From positions 736,001 to 800,000 of the forward strand of contig CAWCLO010000004.1 of the NCBI GenBank assembly GCA_963796455.1: DNA of 64,000 nt, read 5' to 3'. This DNA comes from Candidatus Sulfomarinibacteraceae bacterium (GTDB lineage: Bacteria; Acidobacteriota; Thermoanaerobaculia; Thermoanaerobaculales; Sulfomarinibacteraceae). This document shows positions 40,829-50,702 of the stretch, in pieces. How positions within the stretch are numbered: position 1 is the first letter of the stretch; the number at the start of each line of letters is the position of its first letter. Under the pieces are notes generated by a model. That model saw nothing but the letters and a program-made list of their open reading frames with translations, made no database searches and had not been told where the DNA came from. The position numbers were made by a program, and so were the translations under genes.

Positions 40829-41698
40829 ATGAAGCGATGGTTCACCTTCGCCGTGATTCTTGGTTGTCTGGGTGTCTCTGCCAGGAGCACAGCGGGGGAT
40901 CAAGGTGGCCACCTGATACTCAATGGCGGTGGATCGAAGCCCGACGCGGTGATGGAAAAGTTCATCGAGCTCGCTGGTGGGAACGATGGGTTGATTGTAG
41001 TTTTTCCGACCGCCTCCGCTGAAGCGGATACCGGTGAGTACTATCGCGATCTGTTGAACGGATTTGGAGCCACCAACATCGAGATTGCTGAAGTGCGCTC
41101 GCGGGAGCAGGCGCAGGACGCAGTATTGGCTGAACTGGTTCGTGGGGCAGGCGGCGTGTGGTTTTCCGGCGGGGACCAGCGACGGATCACCGAGGTACTG
41201 CTCGACACGGCGGTCGGCAACGCGGTGGGAGAGGCTTTCAATCGGGGAGCGGTGGTGGGGGGCACCTCCGCGGGAACGGCCTGCCAGAGCGAACTCATGA
41301 TCACCGGTGACGGGAATTTTGAGGTGATCACCGCCGACAACGTGGAGCTGTGGCGAGGTCTCGGTCTGTTCAAAGGGGTCATCGTCGACCAGCACTTCGT
41401 GGCCCGTCAGCGCCAGAACCGACTGATCTCGGTGGTGCTCGAGCATCCCGATCTGATTGGCGTCGGCGTCGATGAGGCGACGGCCGTATGGGTTCGGCCC
41501 GACGGCACCTTCGAGGTCCTCGGCGAAGGTTGGGTCGTGGTATTCGACGCGTCACAGGCCCGCATCACTCTCGGAAGACTCGGCGACGACGCCCAGGCCC
41601 TCGGAGCGACCGGCATGTTGACCCACATTCTGCGTCCTGGTGACATCTACGATGTCGCAAAGAAAAGGGTGGTTCTCCACGGGCCGAGGTCTCGATGA
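40829..41698 (+). CDS. cphB: Secreted cyanophycinase (peptidase S51)
   Basis: Signal peptide; LILNGGG, PTAS, FSGGDQ.R, GGTSAG, DQHF..RQR..RL, GVDE.TA. Confidence 0.88.
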   Translation: MKRWFTFAVILGCLGVSARSTAGDQGGHLILNGGGSKPDAVMEKFIELAGGNDGLIVVFPTASAEADTGEYYRDLLNGFGATNIEIAEVRSREQAQDAVLAELVRGAGGVWFSGGDQRRITEVLLDTAVGNAVGEAFNRGAVVGGTSAGTACQSELMITGDGNFEVITADNVELWRGLGLFKGVIVDQHFVARQRQNRLISVVLEHPDLIGVGVDEATAVWVRPDGTFEVLGEGWVVVFDASQARITLGRLGDDAQALGATGMLTHILRPGDIYDVAKKRVVLHGPRSR

Positions 41699-42921
41699 GG
41701 CCGGTGGCGCTGAGGGTCTCGGAGGGAATTCATGCTCGAGCGGCGGGCCTTCTGGAATCCCTGTGTTCGATCTCCTCGTCGAGCTCTGACCGGGATGGGC
41801 TCTACCGGATGGCCGAGCGGGTCGCCAGGGAACTCGCGGACTTTGGTTTGCAGGTCGAGATCCATGACGAAGAAGGGTTGGGTGGAGATTCCCTGCCGCT
41901 TCTGATAGCTCGAAACGGTGGTTCGGCCGAGTCGCCGCGCCTCCTGCTGCTTGGCCACCTCGATACCGTTCTGCCGGCGGTGACTCCGCGCTGGGTCAAC
42001 GGATCGTTGTGCGCCACCGGCGCGCTTGACATGAAGGGTGGCATCGCGGCCCTTGTCGGCGCGCTCCTGGTGCTCCGTGAGGCCGACGAGGCATTGCCCG
42101 ACAATCTGGTCTTCGTCGCGGTGCCAGATGAGGAGGTCGGTGGGCCGATCTCCGCACGCGCCGTTGCCCGGTGGGGGGAGGGTGCCCACACTGTCTTGAT
42201 TCTCGAACCGGGCGCCGGCCGTGAAAGTGGAGTAGAAACGCTCGTGACGGGCCGGCGTGGGCTCAGCATATGGCGGCTCGAAGCACGGGGTACCGCGGCG
42301 CACTCGGGTGTCTCCTACTGGGACGGCCGCTCGGCCCTGGCTGCTGCCGCGACCTGGGCGGGCGGTGTGCAGCAGATGTCCGAAAAGGGTGATGGTCCGA
42401 TCGTCAATGTCGGCCGAATCGTTGGCGGTGATTCCGATTTCGTCAGCGATTTCGGTGAAGAACACCGATTCATCGGCACCACCGAACGCCTGAATGTCGT
42501 CGCCGATCGGTGTGTGGTCGAAGGTGAGCTGCGGTATCTCGATCCATCAGATCGCGGTCGCGTTCTGACTCGGATGCGCGATCTGGCGTCGAAGCTCGCT
42601 TCCGAGTGGAGCGTCACGATCGAATTCGAAGAGGTCGAGCAGATCTTGCCGCTGACACCCTCACCGACAGGGAACTCGATTGCCAAACATCTGATCGGAC
42701 TGGCTCGGAGAGACGGCTGGTCGCTCGAGGTCGAATCCGATCGTGGGGGCATCTCATTTCCGAACTACCTGCCGGACCCGCGATCGATTCCGGTGATCGA
42801 CGGTCTTGGGCCGGTCGGGGACGGCATGCATACCCGAGGCGAGTACCTCGATCTCGAGAGTCTACGGCGACGGGTCGTCCTGATCGCCGAGGCGCTGGTC
42901 TACATTCGGAATCAGCGGTAG
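41695..42921 (+). CDS. M20 family metallopeptidase (glutamate carboxypeptidase-like)
   Basis: ATGA overlap with the cyanophycinase; GHLDTV, GALDMKGG, DEEVG, LEP, AAHSG, DGLGPVGDGMHT.GE. Confidence 0.88.
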   Translation: MRPVALRVSEGIHARAAGLLESLCSISSSSSDRDGLYRMAERVARELADFGLQVEIHDEEGLGGDSLPLLIARNGGSAESPRLLLLGHLDTVLPAVTPRWVNGSLCATGALDMKGGIAALVGALLVLREADEALPDNLVFVAVPDEEVGGPISARAVARWGEGAHTVLILEPGAGRESGVETLVTGRRGLSIWRLEARGTAAHSGVSYWDGRSALAAAATWAGGVQQMSEKGDGPIVNVGRIVGGDSDFVSDFGEEHRFIGTTERLNVVADRCVVEGELRYLDPSDRGRVLTRMRDLASKLASEWSVTIEFEEVEQILPLTPSPTGNSIAKHLIGLARRDGWSLEVESDRGGISFPNYLPDPRSIPVIDGLGPVGDGMHTRGEYLDLESLRRRVVLIAEALVYIRNQR

Positions 42922-44094
42922 CTACAGTTCGCGCAACGCTGGGGCGACCTGGAGTCGCGCAGCGCGGATCGCCGGCAAGACTCCACCGATGAATCCCATG
43001 AATAGCGCAAAGAACATGCCGGCCGCCAGGAGCGCTGGGGTCACCTGGAAGGCAAAGGCGAGGTGCGAGAAGGTCTGCCAGTTCATGGTGCCGGCGGTGA
43101 AGCCGTTGAGCGGCAGGGCCGCAAGGCACCCGAGCACGCCGCCGATGAATGCGATCAGCAGCGACTCGATCATGAACGAAATCACCACGCTGCCGCCGCT
43201 AAACCCGAGAGCCCGCAGCGTCGCGATCTCCCTCGCCCGCGCCGCCACAGCCGAATACATGGTGTTGAGAGCGCCAAAGACGGCACCGATGGCCATGACG
43301 AAGGCGACCAGAAATCCGAGCACCCGAATCAGTGTGCTCACCATCTGCGATTGTTTGGCGTAGTAGCCCTGTTCCCGCTCGACCTGAACGGTCAGACGGG
43401 GATCGGAAGTCAAGGCGTCTTTGAAGGCGTCAAAATCGGTAGGTGAGTTGAGTCGAGTGGTGACTGATCCGAAAATGGTGCTCGACCGTTTGAACGCTTG
43501 CGAGAGCACGGTGTGATCTGCCCAGATCTCGGAATCGAATGCCGATCCCCCGGCATTGAAGATTCCGACGACTTTCCACTCCTGGCCGCCGAACAGAACG
43601 TTGGTGCCGAGCTCCAGGCCGCTGTAAGTATTGACGGCGTTGGATCCGATCACCAGTTCCGCCAACCCGGGTGTGAAGAACCGTCCTTCAACAACTTTCA
43701 CTGACGGTCGGACTTCGAGGGCGATCGGTGTCATGCCGCGGATCTGGACATTGGCGTCGGTGCCGCTCGATTTCAGTTGGAATGCTCCGATGACCACGAA
43801 TTCGGGGCTCGAGAGAGGGACGCCTTCGGCGTTGCGGGCGATCTGGGTCGCATCGGCAATGACCTTTGCCTGATCGAGGCTGACGCCGCTGTCCATCTCC
43901 GAGCTCGCTCCCGCTCGGCGGATGATGGAATTGCTGGTGGAGCCCGACGCGATCAGGGTCGCCTGGAATCCCGTCGCCATGGCGAGCATGGCGACAAAAA
44001 CGCCCACCGTACCCGCGATGCCCAGGATCGAGACGATTGTCGTCTTCCAACGGGCTCCCACCGAACGGATGTTGTAAGAAACGGGAATCGCCAT
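42922..44094 (-). CDS. ABC transporter permease (MacB/FtsX family)
   Basis: GRFF.PG..E..IG, LNTMYSAVAARAREIATLRALGF, GG.LPAIRAAR. Confidence 0.9.
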   Translation of the reverse strand: MAIPVSYNIRSVGARWKTTIVSILGIAGTVGVFVAMLAMATGFQATLIASGSTSNSIIRRAGASSEMDSGVSLDQAKVIADATQIARNAEGVPLSSPEFVVIGAFQLKSSGTDANVQIRGMTPIALEVRPSVKVVEGRFFTPGLAELVIGSNAVNTYSGLELGTNVLFGGQEWKVVGIFNAGGSAFDSEIWADHTVLSQAFKRSSTIFGSVTTRLNSPTDFDAFKDALTSDPRLTVQVEREQGYYAKQSQMVSTLIRVLGFLVAFVMAIGAVFGALNTMYSAVAARAREIATLRALGFSGGSVVISFMIESLLIAFIGGVLGCLAALPLNGFTAGTMNWQTFSHLAFAFQVTPALLAAGMFFALFMGFIGGVLPAIRAARLQVAPALREL

Positions 44095-45239
44095 CACACC
44101 CTCCTCAACGCATCGACGATCCGAAGATTCATGGCGGTCAAAGCCGGGATGAGCCCCGCGGCCAGACCGACAAAAACCGCGATCGCGAGCCCTAGAATCA
44201 TCTCACCGGTGGAGATATAGAAGATGGGCAGCATGCCGCCGGTCGGATCTCCACCAAGGGTGAAGAGCTTCGCCAGACCGATACCGATGGCGCCGCCGAC
44301 GAAGGCGATCACCAGCGATTCGGCCAATACCAGGAAAAGAATGGTGCGGTCTGCAAACCCGAGAGTCTTGAGCACGCCGAGCTCGGGGACCCGTTCGCGC
44401 ACCGCCATGGCCATGGTGTTTCCCGTTACGAGGAGCAGGGTGAAGAGCACGATGGCGCCGATTGACATGATCAGCACGCGAATGTTGCCGATCTGTTTGG
44501 CAAAGCCTGCCGCGAACGCCTGTTCGGTTTCTGTGGAGGTCTCGAATGCGGAATTGGCGAATCGCTCATCCACCGCCTTGCTCACCGCAACCGCGTTGTC
44601 GGGGTCGTCGATCTGAACGGTGTACCAGCCCACTGTGCCGCCGCCAGAATTTGTCTGGCGGCGCTCCTCGAGGTACTTCCATTGGAACCAGAACTGCGAC
44701 TCGTCATCTCCCTGACGGGAACCTTCATAAATGGCGCGGATGTTGAAATCCCATGTACCGGTCCAAATGGTGCCCTGGATCGGAATTCGGTCGCCCAGCT
44801 TCCATCCGAACCGATCGGCGGTGACCTTCCCGACCACTGCGCCTTCGCGGTCGGCGAGAAAGGCCTGCCATTGTTCGTCAGAGATATCGAATTCGGGAAA
44901 GACCGAGCGATAGGTATCGGTGTCCACGGCGAACTGGGCGAAGAAGTTTTTCGGGTCCTGGTAAATGCCGCCAAACCAGGTGGCAAAGGTTGCCTCCGTC
45001 ACATGATCGATCTGTCGGATGCGTTCCTGGTAGGCGAGGGGCAAGGGCATGATCAACGAGGTCTTATTGCGTACGATCAATCGATCGGCGCCGGCCACGT
45101 CCACGCCGGCGTTGAGGGCGGTCTCGATGGTCACCAACAGACCGAAGAGAAAGAGCGCCACGGCAATGGATCCAACCGTGAGGATGGTCCTGGTCTTCTT
45201 TCGGAAAAGATTGCGAAGGATGAAGGGGATGTATTTCAC
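44094..45239 (-). CDS. ABC transporter permease (MacB/FtsX family)
   Basis: RNLFRKKTRT.LT, NTMAMAVRERVPELGVLKTLGF, IVDALRR. Confidence 0.9.
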   Translation of the reverse strand: MKYIPFILRNLFRKKTRTILTVGSIAVALFLFGLLVTIETALNAGVDVAGADRLIVRNKTSLIMPLPLAYQERIRQIDHVTEATFATWFGGIYQDPKNFFAQFAVDTDTYRSVFPEFDISDEQWQAFLADREGAVVGKVTADRFGWKLGDRIPIQGTIWTGTWDFNIRAIYEGSRQGDDESQFWFQWKYLEERRQTNSGGGTVGWYTVQIDDPDNAVAVSKAVDERFANSAFETSTETEQAFAAGFAKQIGNIRVLIMSIGAIVLFTLLLVTGNTMAMAVRERVPELGVLKTLGFADRTILFLVLAESLVIAFVGGAIGIGLAKLFTLGGDPTGGMLPIFYISTGEMILGLAIAVFVGLAAGLIPALTAMNLRIVDALRRV

Positions 45240-45961
45240 GAGGGCGCCCCCTGGGTGAGGCCCTCGACCAGCACACCCTTTTCGAGGTGCAGGGTGATGT
45301 CGGCCCGCTCGGCCGCCAACGGGTCATGGGTCACCATGAGAATGGTCTTGTTGTGCTCGCTTTCGAGCTCGGTGAGCAGATCGAGGATCTCTTCGGCCGA
45401 TTTCCGGTCGAGATCACCCGTGGGCTCGTCACACAGCAAAAACGAAGGATCGGTGACGATGGCGCGTGCGATGGCCACCCGCTGCTCCTGGCCGCCTGAA
45501 AGCTGACGTGGGTAGTGGTTCATGCGATCGCCGAGACCCACCAACTTGAGAGCGGTTTCGACGTGCTGTCGCCGTTGCGCTTTTCCAAGCTTGGTGAGCA
45601 GAAGCGGCAGTTCGACATTCTGAAACGCAGTCAGAACCGGTAGAAGGTTGTACATCTGGAAGATGAAACCGACGTGCTGTGCCCGCCATGCGGTCAGCTT
45701 GCGGGCCGACATATGTGTAATTTCGTCGCCGTCGGCAGTAACCGTCCCCTTGGTCGGTGTGTCGAGACCTCCGAGGAGATTGAGCAGCGTGGTTTTACCG
45801 GAGCCGCTCGGACCCATGAAGGCCACGAACTCGCCCTCTTGCACGTCAAGGTTCAAGCCCTGGAGGACATTGATCGTTTCGTTGCCGCGCGTATAAACCT
45901 TGTTCAGGTTGCGTACTTTGATCAGGCTCTCCGAATGCTCCTGTCCGTTCACATCGACCAT
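45236..45961 (-). CDS. ABC transporter ATP-binding protein (LolD/MacB-like)
   Basis: GPSGSGKTT, LSGGQEQRVAIARA, DEPTGDLD, MVTHD. Confidence 0.95.
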   Translation of the reverse strand: MVDVNGQEHSESLIKVRNLNKVYTRGNETINVLQGLNLDVQEGEFVAFMGPSGSGKTTLLNLLGGLDTPTKGTVTADGDEITHMSARKLTAWRAQHVGFIFQMYNLLPVLTAFQNVELPLLLTKLGKAQRRQHVETALKLVGLGDRMNHYPRQLSGGQEQRVAIARAIVTDPSFLLCDEPTGDLDRKSAEEILDLLTELESEHNKTILMVTHDPLAAERADITLHLEKGVLVEGLTQGAPS

Positions 45962-45993
45962 CTCGCTCTTCCTCCAAAAATTCGATGGGCATT

Positions 45994-47217
45994 TCAGCCC
46001 TTGATCCGGACCTTCTGCCCGTTTTCGAGCCCGTCGGGTCCGGTCACCACGACTCTCTCCCCGGCGCTGACGCCGGCCATGATCTCCACCTCGTTGCCGT
46101 TGCTCCGACCGATGCCGACAGCGCGTCGATCCAGGGTCTCACCATCGACCACAAAGACGATCGAGGTTCCGCCGTCATCACGAATGGCCGGCCCCGGCAC
46201 CAGCGACTGCGGCGGGTCGGTCTCGGAGAGTTCTTCGACCGTTTCACGAAAGGCCACCTTGACTCCCATGTCCGGGAGGATCTTCGGGTCGAGCTCATCG
46301 AAGGTCAAACGCACTTTGACCGTGGCCTTCTGCCGATCGGCAGTTGGAATAACGGTTCGTACGGTGGCCGGGATCCGCCAGTCGGGGTAGGCGTCGAGGA
46401 CCGCTTCCGCCGGTTGGCCGGGTTGGACCTTTGCGATATGACTCTCGTTGACGTCCACCTCGATCTCCAACGACTCCATGTCGACGATTGTGGAGATGCC
46501 GGTCCTGGTGAATCCGCCACCCGCCGAGACCGGTGACACCATCTCGCCGGGCTGGGCATCCTTGGACACCGCGATTCCGGCAAATGGCGCGCGCACGGTG
46601 TAGTTCTCGAGATCCTGTGCCGCCACGGCAAGTTGCGCATCGGCGGCGTCGAGCGACGATTTCGCGACGCCGAGCCGGGCCTCGAGGGCGTCGACGGCGG
46701 CTGCGGCCGAGTCCAGATCCTGGATGCTGGCGACGCCGTCCTGATGGAGCTTTGTGATTCGACGGAGTGTACGTTCCGCGTCCGCCAGGTTGACCTTCAT
46801 CTCCTCGATGGAGGCCCGCGCGACATCGCGGTCGGCACGGATGGCCTCGTAGCGGCGGCGCGCGTCGGCATCGTCGAGTCGAGCGAGCACCTGGCCGGCT
46901 TCCACCACCATGCCCTCGTCCACCAGCACCTCGACGACCTTGCCGGTGATCTTTGAAGACACCGTGGACTTGCGACGGGGCTCGACATAGCCCGAGGCGT
47001 TGAGGATGGTCGCCGAGCCGCCGGTCGGGGCGGAGCGTGCGGTGGCGACTTCGACCTCTACCGGTGAGTTCTTTCTGGCGAAGAAAATCACCATGGCTGC
47101 GATGACGACCACAACCGTCGCCGCGATCAGCATCAACCGGCGACCTCCACGGTCACCCGATTTTTGTTCGCGGTCGATCTTCAGATCAGCCAGATTCGGT
47201 TTCGATGTTTCATTCAT
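45994..47217 (-). CDS. Periplasmic adaptor / membrane fusion protein (MacA-like)
   Basis: N-terminal TM; LNASGYV, VDEG..V..GQVLARLD, coiled coil, RAPF.G, EVDVNE, PDMGVKV. Confidence 0.9.
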   Translation of the reverse strand: MNETSKPNLADLKIDREQKSGDRGGRRLMLIAATVVVVIAAMVIFFARKNSPVEVEVATARSAPTGGSATILNASGYVEPRRKSTVSSKITGKVVEVLVDEGMVVEAGQVLARLDDADARRRYEAIRADRDVARASIEEMKVNLADAERTLRRITKLHQDGVASIQDLDSAAAAVDALEARLGVAKSSLDAADAQLAVAAQDLENYTVRAPFAGIAVSKDAQPGEMVSPVSAGGGFTRTGISTIVDMESLEIEVDVNESHIAKVQPGQPAEAVLDAYPDWRIPATVRTVIPTADRQKATVKVRLTFDELDPKILPDMGVKVAFRETVEELSETDPPQSLVPGPAIRDDGGTSIVFVVDGETLDRRAVGIGRSNGNEVEIMAGVSAGERVVVTGPDGLENGQKVRIKG

Positions 47218-47434
47218 GTCTTATGTCCTACGTTTTGCGCAACGGAGGATTCCCTCCACTTGTTCCCTCGGCTTGTGTTTTCGGTGCCGGAGTTTACCAT
47301 CCATACTCTCTTGGCCGGTCGCTATCGCTATCGGAAACGCAACTGACACTGCCAACTCCAGGATCGCGTTCAATTCCCTGCGGTGTGTCATCTGCGTTCA
47401 TCTGCGGCTGCTCCTCCGGTCTTGCTCGGATCGG

Positions 47435-50400
47435 TCAATGAAAATCATGGCTCGCCACCGCCGCGTCGGCATTGACCGCTTGGAAACGTCGAGCCTTGAC
47501 GGAGATCGTGCCGTCCTGCTTCTGTAATGGGCCTTCCACCATGATCACCGGGGTGCTGACGATGAAGGCCCGGTGTTTCTGGTAGAGATCGGGGCGGATG
47601 ATGGATTGCACCGTCCCGGTTTCGTCCTCCATGGTCAAAAAGACAAATCCCTTGGCGGTACCGGGCCGTTGTCTCACGATCACGGCTCCGGCGACCCGCA
47701 CCACTTCGCCGTCCGGGATTTCTGCGAGCTTCGCCGTCGTGATCACCCCGAGGCGATCCATCTCGTGGCGGACGTAGGCCATGAGGTGGGGGCCGGTGGT
47801 GAGGTGGAGCCCGGCGTAATCGGCAACGGTCTCATCGAGCGGCCGCATCTCGTGAAGCGGCGATGTCTTCTCGGGTGGCAGATCGGCAAAGAGAGGTCCG
47901 CGTCGCCCCGCCACTTCACCGACCTGCCACAAGGCTGCGCGGCGGCTCAAACCCAGCGAGGCCAGGGCCCCGACGTGGGCCAGCCGTTCGAGCTGTTCGG
48001 AGGAGAGATCGCACCGTCCGGCGAGGTCGGCGGAATCGGTGAAGGGTCTCCGTGCGCACTCGTCTTCGATGATCTCGCCGGCGGCCCTTTTGAGACCGTG
48101 CACATAACGCAGCCCGATCCGCACCGCGCCGTCTTCCCAACGGCAACGCCACCCCGAATGGTTGACGTCGACCGTCAGAAAACGGACGCCGTGTCGTTGG
48201 CCGTCCTTGACCAGGGTGGCTGGGTGGTAGAAGCCCATGGGCCAGGCATTGAGCAGGCTGGCGTAGAAGGCGGTGGGGTGGTGGGCCTTGAGGAAGGCGG
48301 AGGCGTAGACCAGAAGGGCGAAGCTGGCCGAGTGGGATTCGGGAAAGCCGTAAAGCGCAAAGGAGGTGATGGAGCGCACGATCTGCTCCTGGGCCTCGCC
48401 GCTGATTCCCCGTTCGGTCATCCCGCTGCGCAGACGTTTTTCGATCACCACCATTCGTTCCTGCGAACGCTTGAAGCCCATGGCACGTCGCAGCTCTTCG
48501 GCCTCGCCGCCGGAGAAACCGGCCGCCTCCATTGCGATGCGCAGCAGCTGTTCCTGGAACAGAGGCACCCCGAGGGTGCGCTCGAGGATCGGCTTCAGAC
48601 AGGGGTGGGCATAGGTCACTTCTTCGCGCCCCTGGCGCCGTTCGAGGTAGGGATTGGTCATGTTGCCGGCGATCGGTCCGGGGCGGATGATCGCCACCTG
48701 CACCACCAGGTCGTAGAAGTGTTCGGGCCGGTTGCGAGGCAGCGATGCCATCTGCGCCCGGCTTTCGATCTGAAAGACCCCGGCGGTATCGGCGCTGCGA
48801 ATCATGTCGTAGGTCTTCGGGTCTCCGGGCGGAAGGTGGGCGAGATCGATCTCAACACCTTCGTTGTCGCGGATCATGGGGATCGACTCCTCGAGGGCGG
48901 CCATCATCCCGAGCCCGAGCAGATCGACCTTGATCAGACCGAGATCGGCGCAGTCATCCTTGTCCCATTGGATCACCGTGCGGTTTTCCATTGCCGCGGG
49001 CTCCAGGGGCACCACCTCGTCGAGACGGCCCTGGGCAACCACCATCCCACCCGAGTGTTGGCCGAGGTGGCGGGGAAGGTGATGGATCTCCCACCACAAT
49101 CGTTTGAAGTGTTCGACCCGCTTCGATTCGGGGTCGAGACCGACTGCCGCCAACTCGGTGTCGAGGTCGCGCGCGCCCTCTCTGATCTCGGTCGTCATGT
49201 GGCGGCCGAATCGTTTGGAGATGCGGTCGACCTGCTCGAGTGAAAACCCCAGGGCTTTGCCGATCTCGCGCGCCGCCGACTTCGCGCGGTAGGTGATCAC
49301 GTTGGCGGTCATCCCGGCGCCGTGCGGGCCATAACGCTGGTAGACGTACTGGATGACCTTCTCACGTTGGTCGCCCGATGGCAGGTCGAGATCGATGTCG
49401 GGCCACTCGCCACGTTCTTCGGACAGAAAGCGCTCGAAGAGCAGCTCCATCTTGACCGGGTCGACCGCGGTGATCGAGAGTGCGTAACAGACCGCCGAGT
49501 TGGCCGCCGAACCACGCCCCTGGGCCATGATCTGCTCGCGCTGGCAGAAACGGACGATGTCCCAGACGATGAGGAAGTAGCCCGCCAGATCGAGTTTTTC
49601 GATCAGGTTGAGCTCCTTCTCCAACTGTGCCTGGGCGCGGGCGGTGAGCGGCCTGAAACGGGTGCGGGCGCCGTCCCAGGTCACCCGCCGGAGGTGGGAG
49701 ATCGGGCTCTCTCCAACCGGCAGGGGGTAGTCGGGAAAGCGGTAGCCGAGGTCATCCAGGGTGAACTCGAGCTCGTCGGCGAGCACTCCGGCCGCGGCCA
49801 GGGCCCGCGGCTGGTCGGCGAAGAGCAATTCCATCTCACGCGGTGATCGCAAGAAGCGCTCGCGCCCTCCTTCGATCAGGCGGCCGGCAGTGTCGACGCT
49901 GACGCCTTCGCGGATGCACGCGAGGGCATCGGCAAGATCGCGATTCTCGGGTCGGGCATAACGAATACCGCCGGTCGCCACCAGCGGCAATCTCAGGCTG
50001 CGGGCGAGATCGATCAGGGCCCGGTTGCGGTGCTCTTCATCGCGCAGCCGGTGGCGCTGCAGCTCCACATGGAGCCGTCTCGGAAAGAGCCGGTTGAGGT
50101 GTTCGAGCTCTCGTCGTGCGCCGTCGATGCCGCGGTGGATCAGACGCTGGGCGATGACTCCTTCGGAACTGCCGGTGAGACAGTGGAGCCCGTCGGCGTG
50201 GGCTGCCACCTGGGACCAGCTCGCTCTCGCCTTGCCCTTCTGACGCCCGCGGGCGGCCTCGGTGAGAAGACGGCAGAGATTGCGATAACCGCGGCGATCG
50301 GCCGCCAGGAGCGTCAACCTGGGCAGGGGAGTGCCGGCGGGAGGAGGGTTGGGGACGAGGCCGAGAGGACCTGGCAAGTTTCGGAGTTTGGAGTTCGGAA

Positions 50401-50696
50401 TTTGAATTTTCCCGCCGTTCTCCCTGAGATTGTGGGATGGGGTGGGTGTGATCAGCATCCAGCATCGAGTATCCAGCATCTGCTTCGTCCAGAACGACTT
50501 CTGCGCCGACGAGGGGTTTGATCCCTGCGTCGCGCGCCGCCTTCCAGAACCGCGGTGCGCCCGAAACGCAGTTGCGATCCACCAGCGCCACCGTTTCCAG
50601 CCCGAGTTCCGCCGCCCGTTCGACCAGATCTTCGGGTTGCGAAGCGCCTTCGAGGAAGGAGAATGCCGAGGCGCAGTGCAGCTCGGCGTACTTCAT
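47435..50696 (-). pseudogene. dnaE2: Error-prone DNA polymerase DnaE2 (ImuC), split by a +1 frameshift inside a repeat-containing insertion at ~50330-50480
   Basis: MKYAELHCASAFSFLEGAS PHP start in one frame; LTLLA..RRGYRNLCRLLT, GRGSAANS, PDIDLD, HLGQHSGG, YGFPESHSASFA and terminal SHDFH in the next frame. Confidence 0.9.
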
Positions 50697-50702
50697 CGGA
50701 CC

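Noticed and set aside
47573..49243. Long antisense ORFs (also 2096-3334, 12176-13417, 29848-31002)
   Set aside because: Shadow frames opposite well-supported genes in GC-rich DNA.
50405..50416. GGGAAAA as a programmed -1 frameshift site in dnaE2
   Set aside because: The shift needed is +1, and the heptamer is not in the X XXY YYZ register of the upstream frame.
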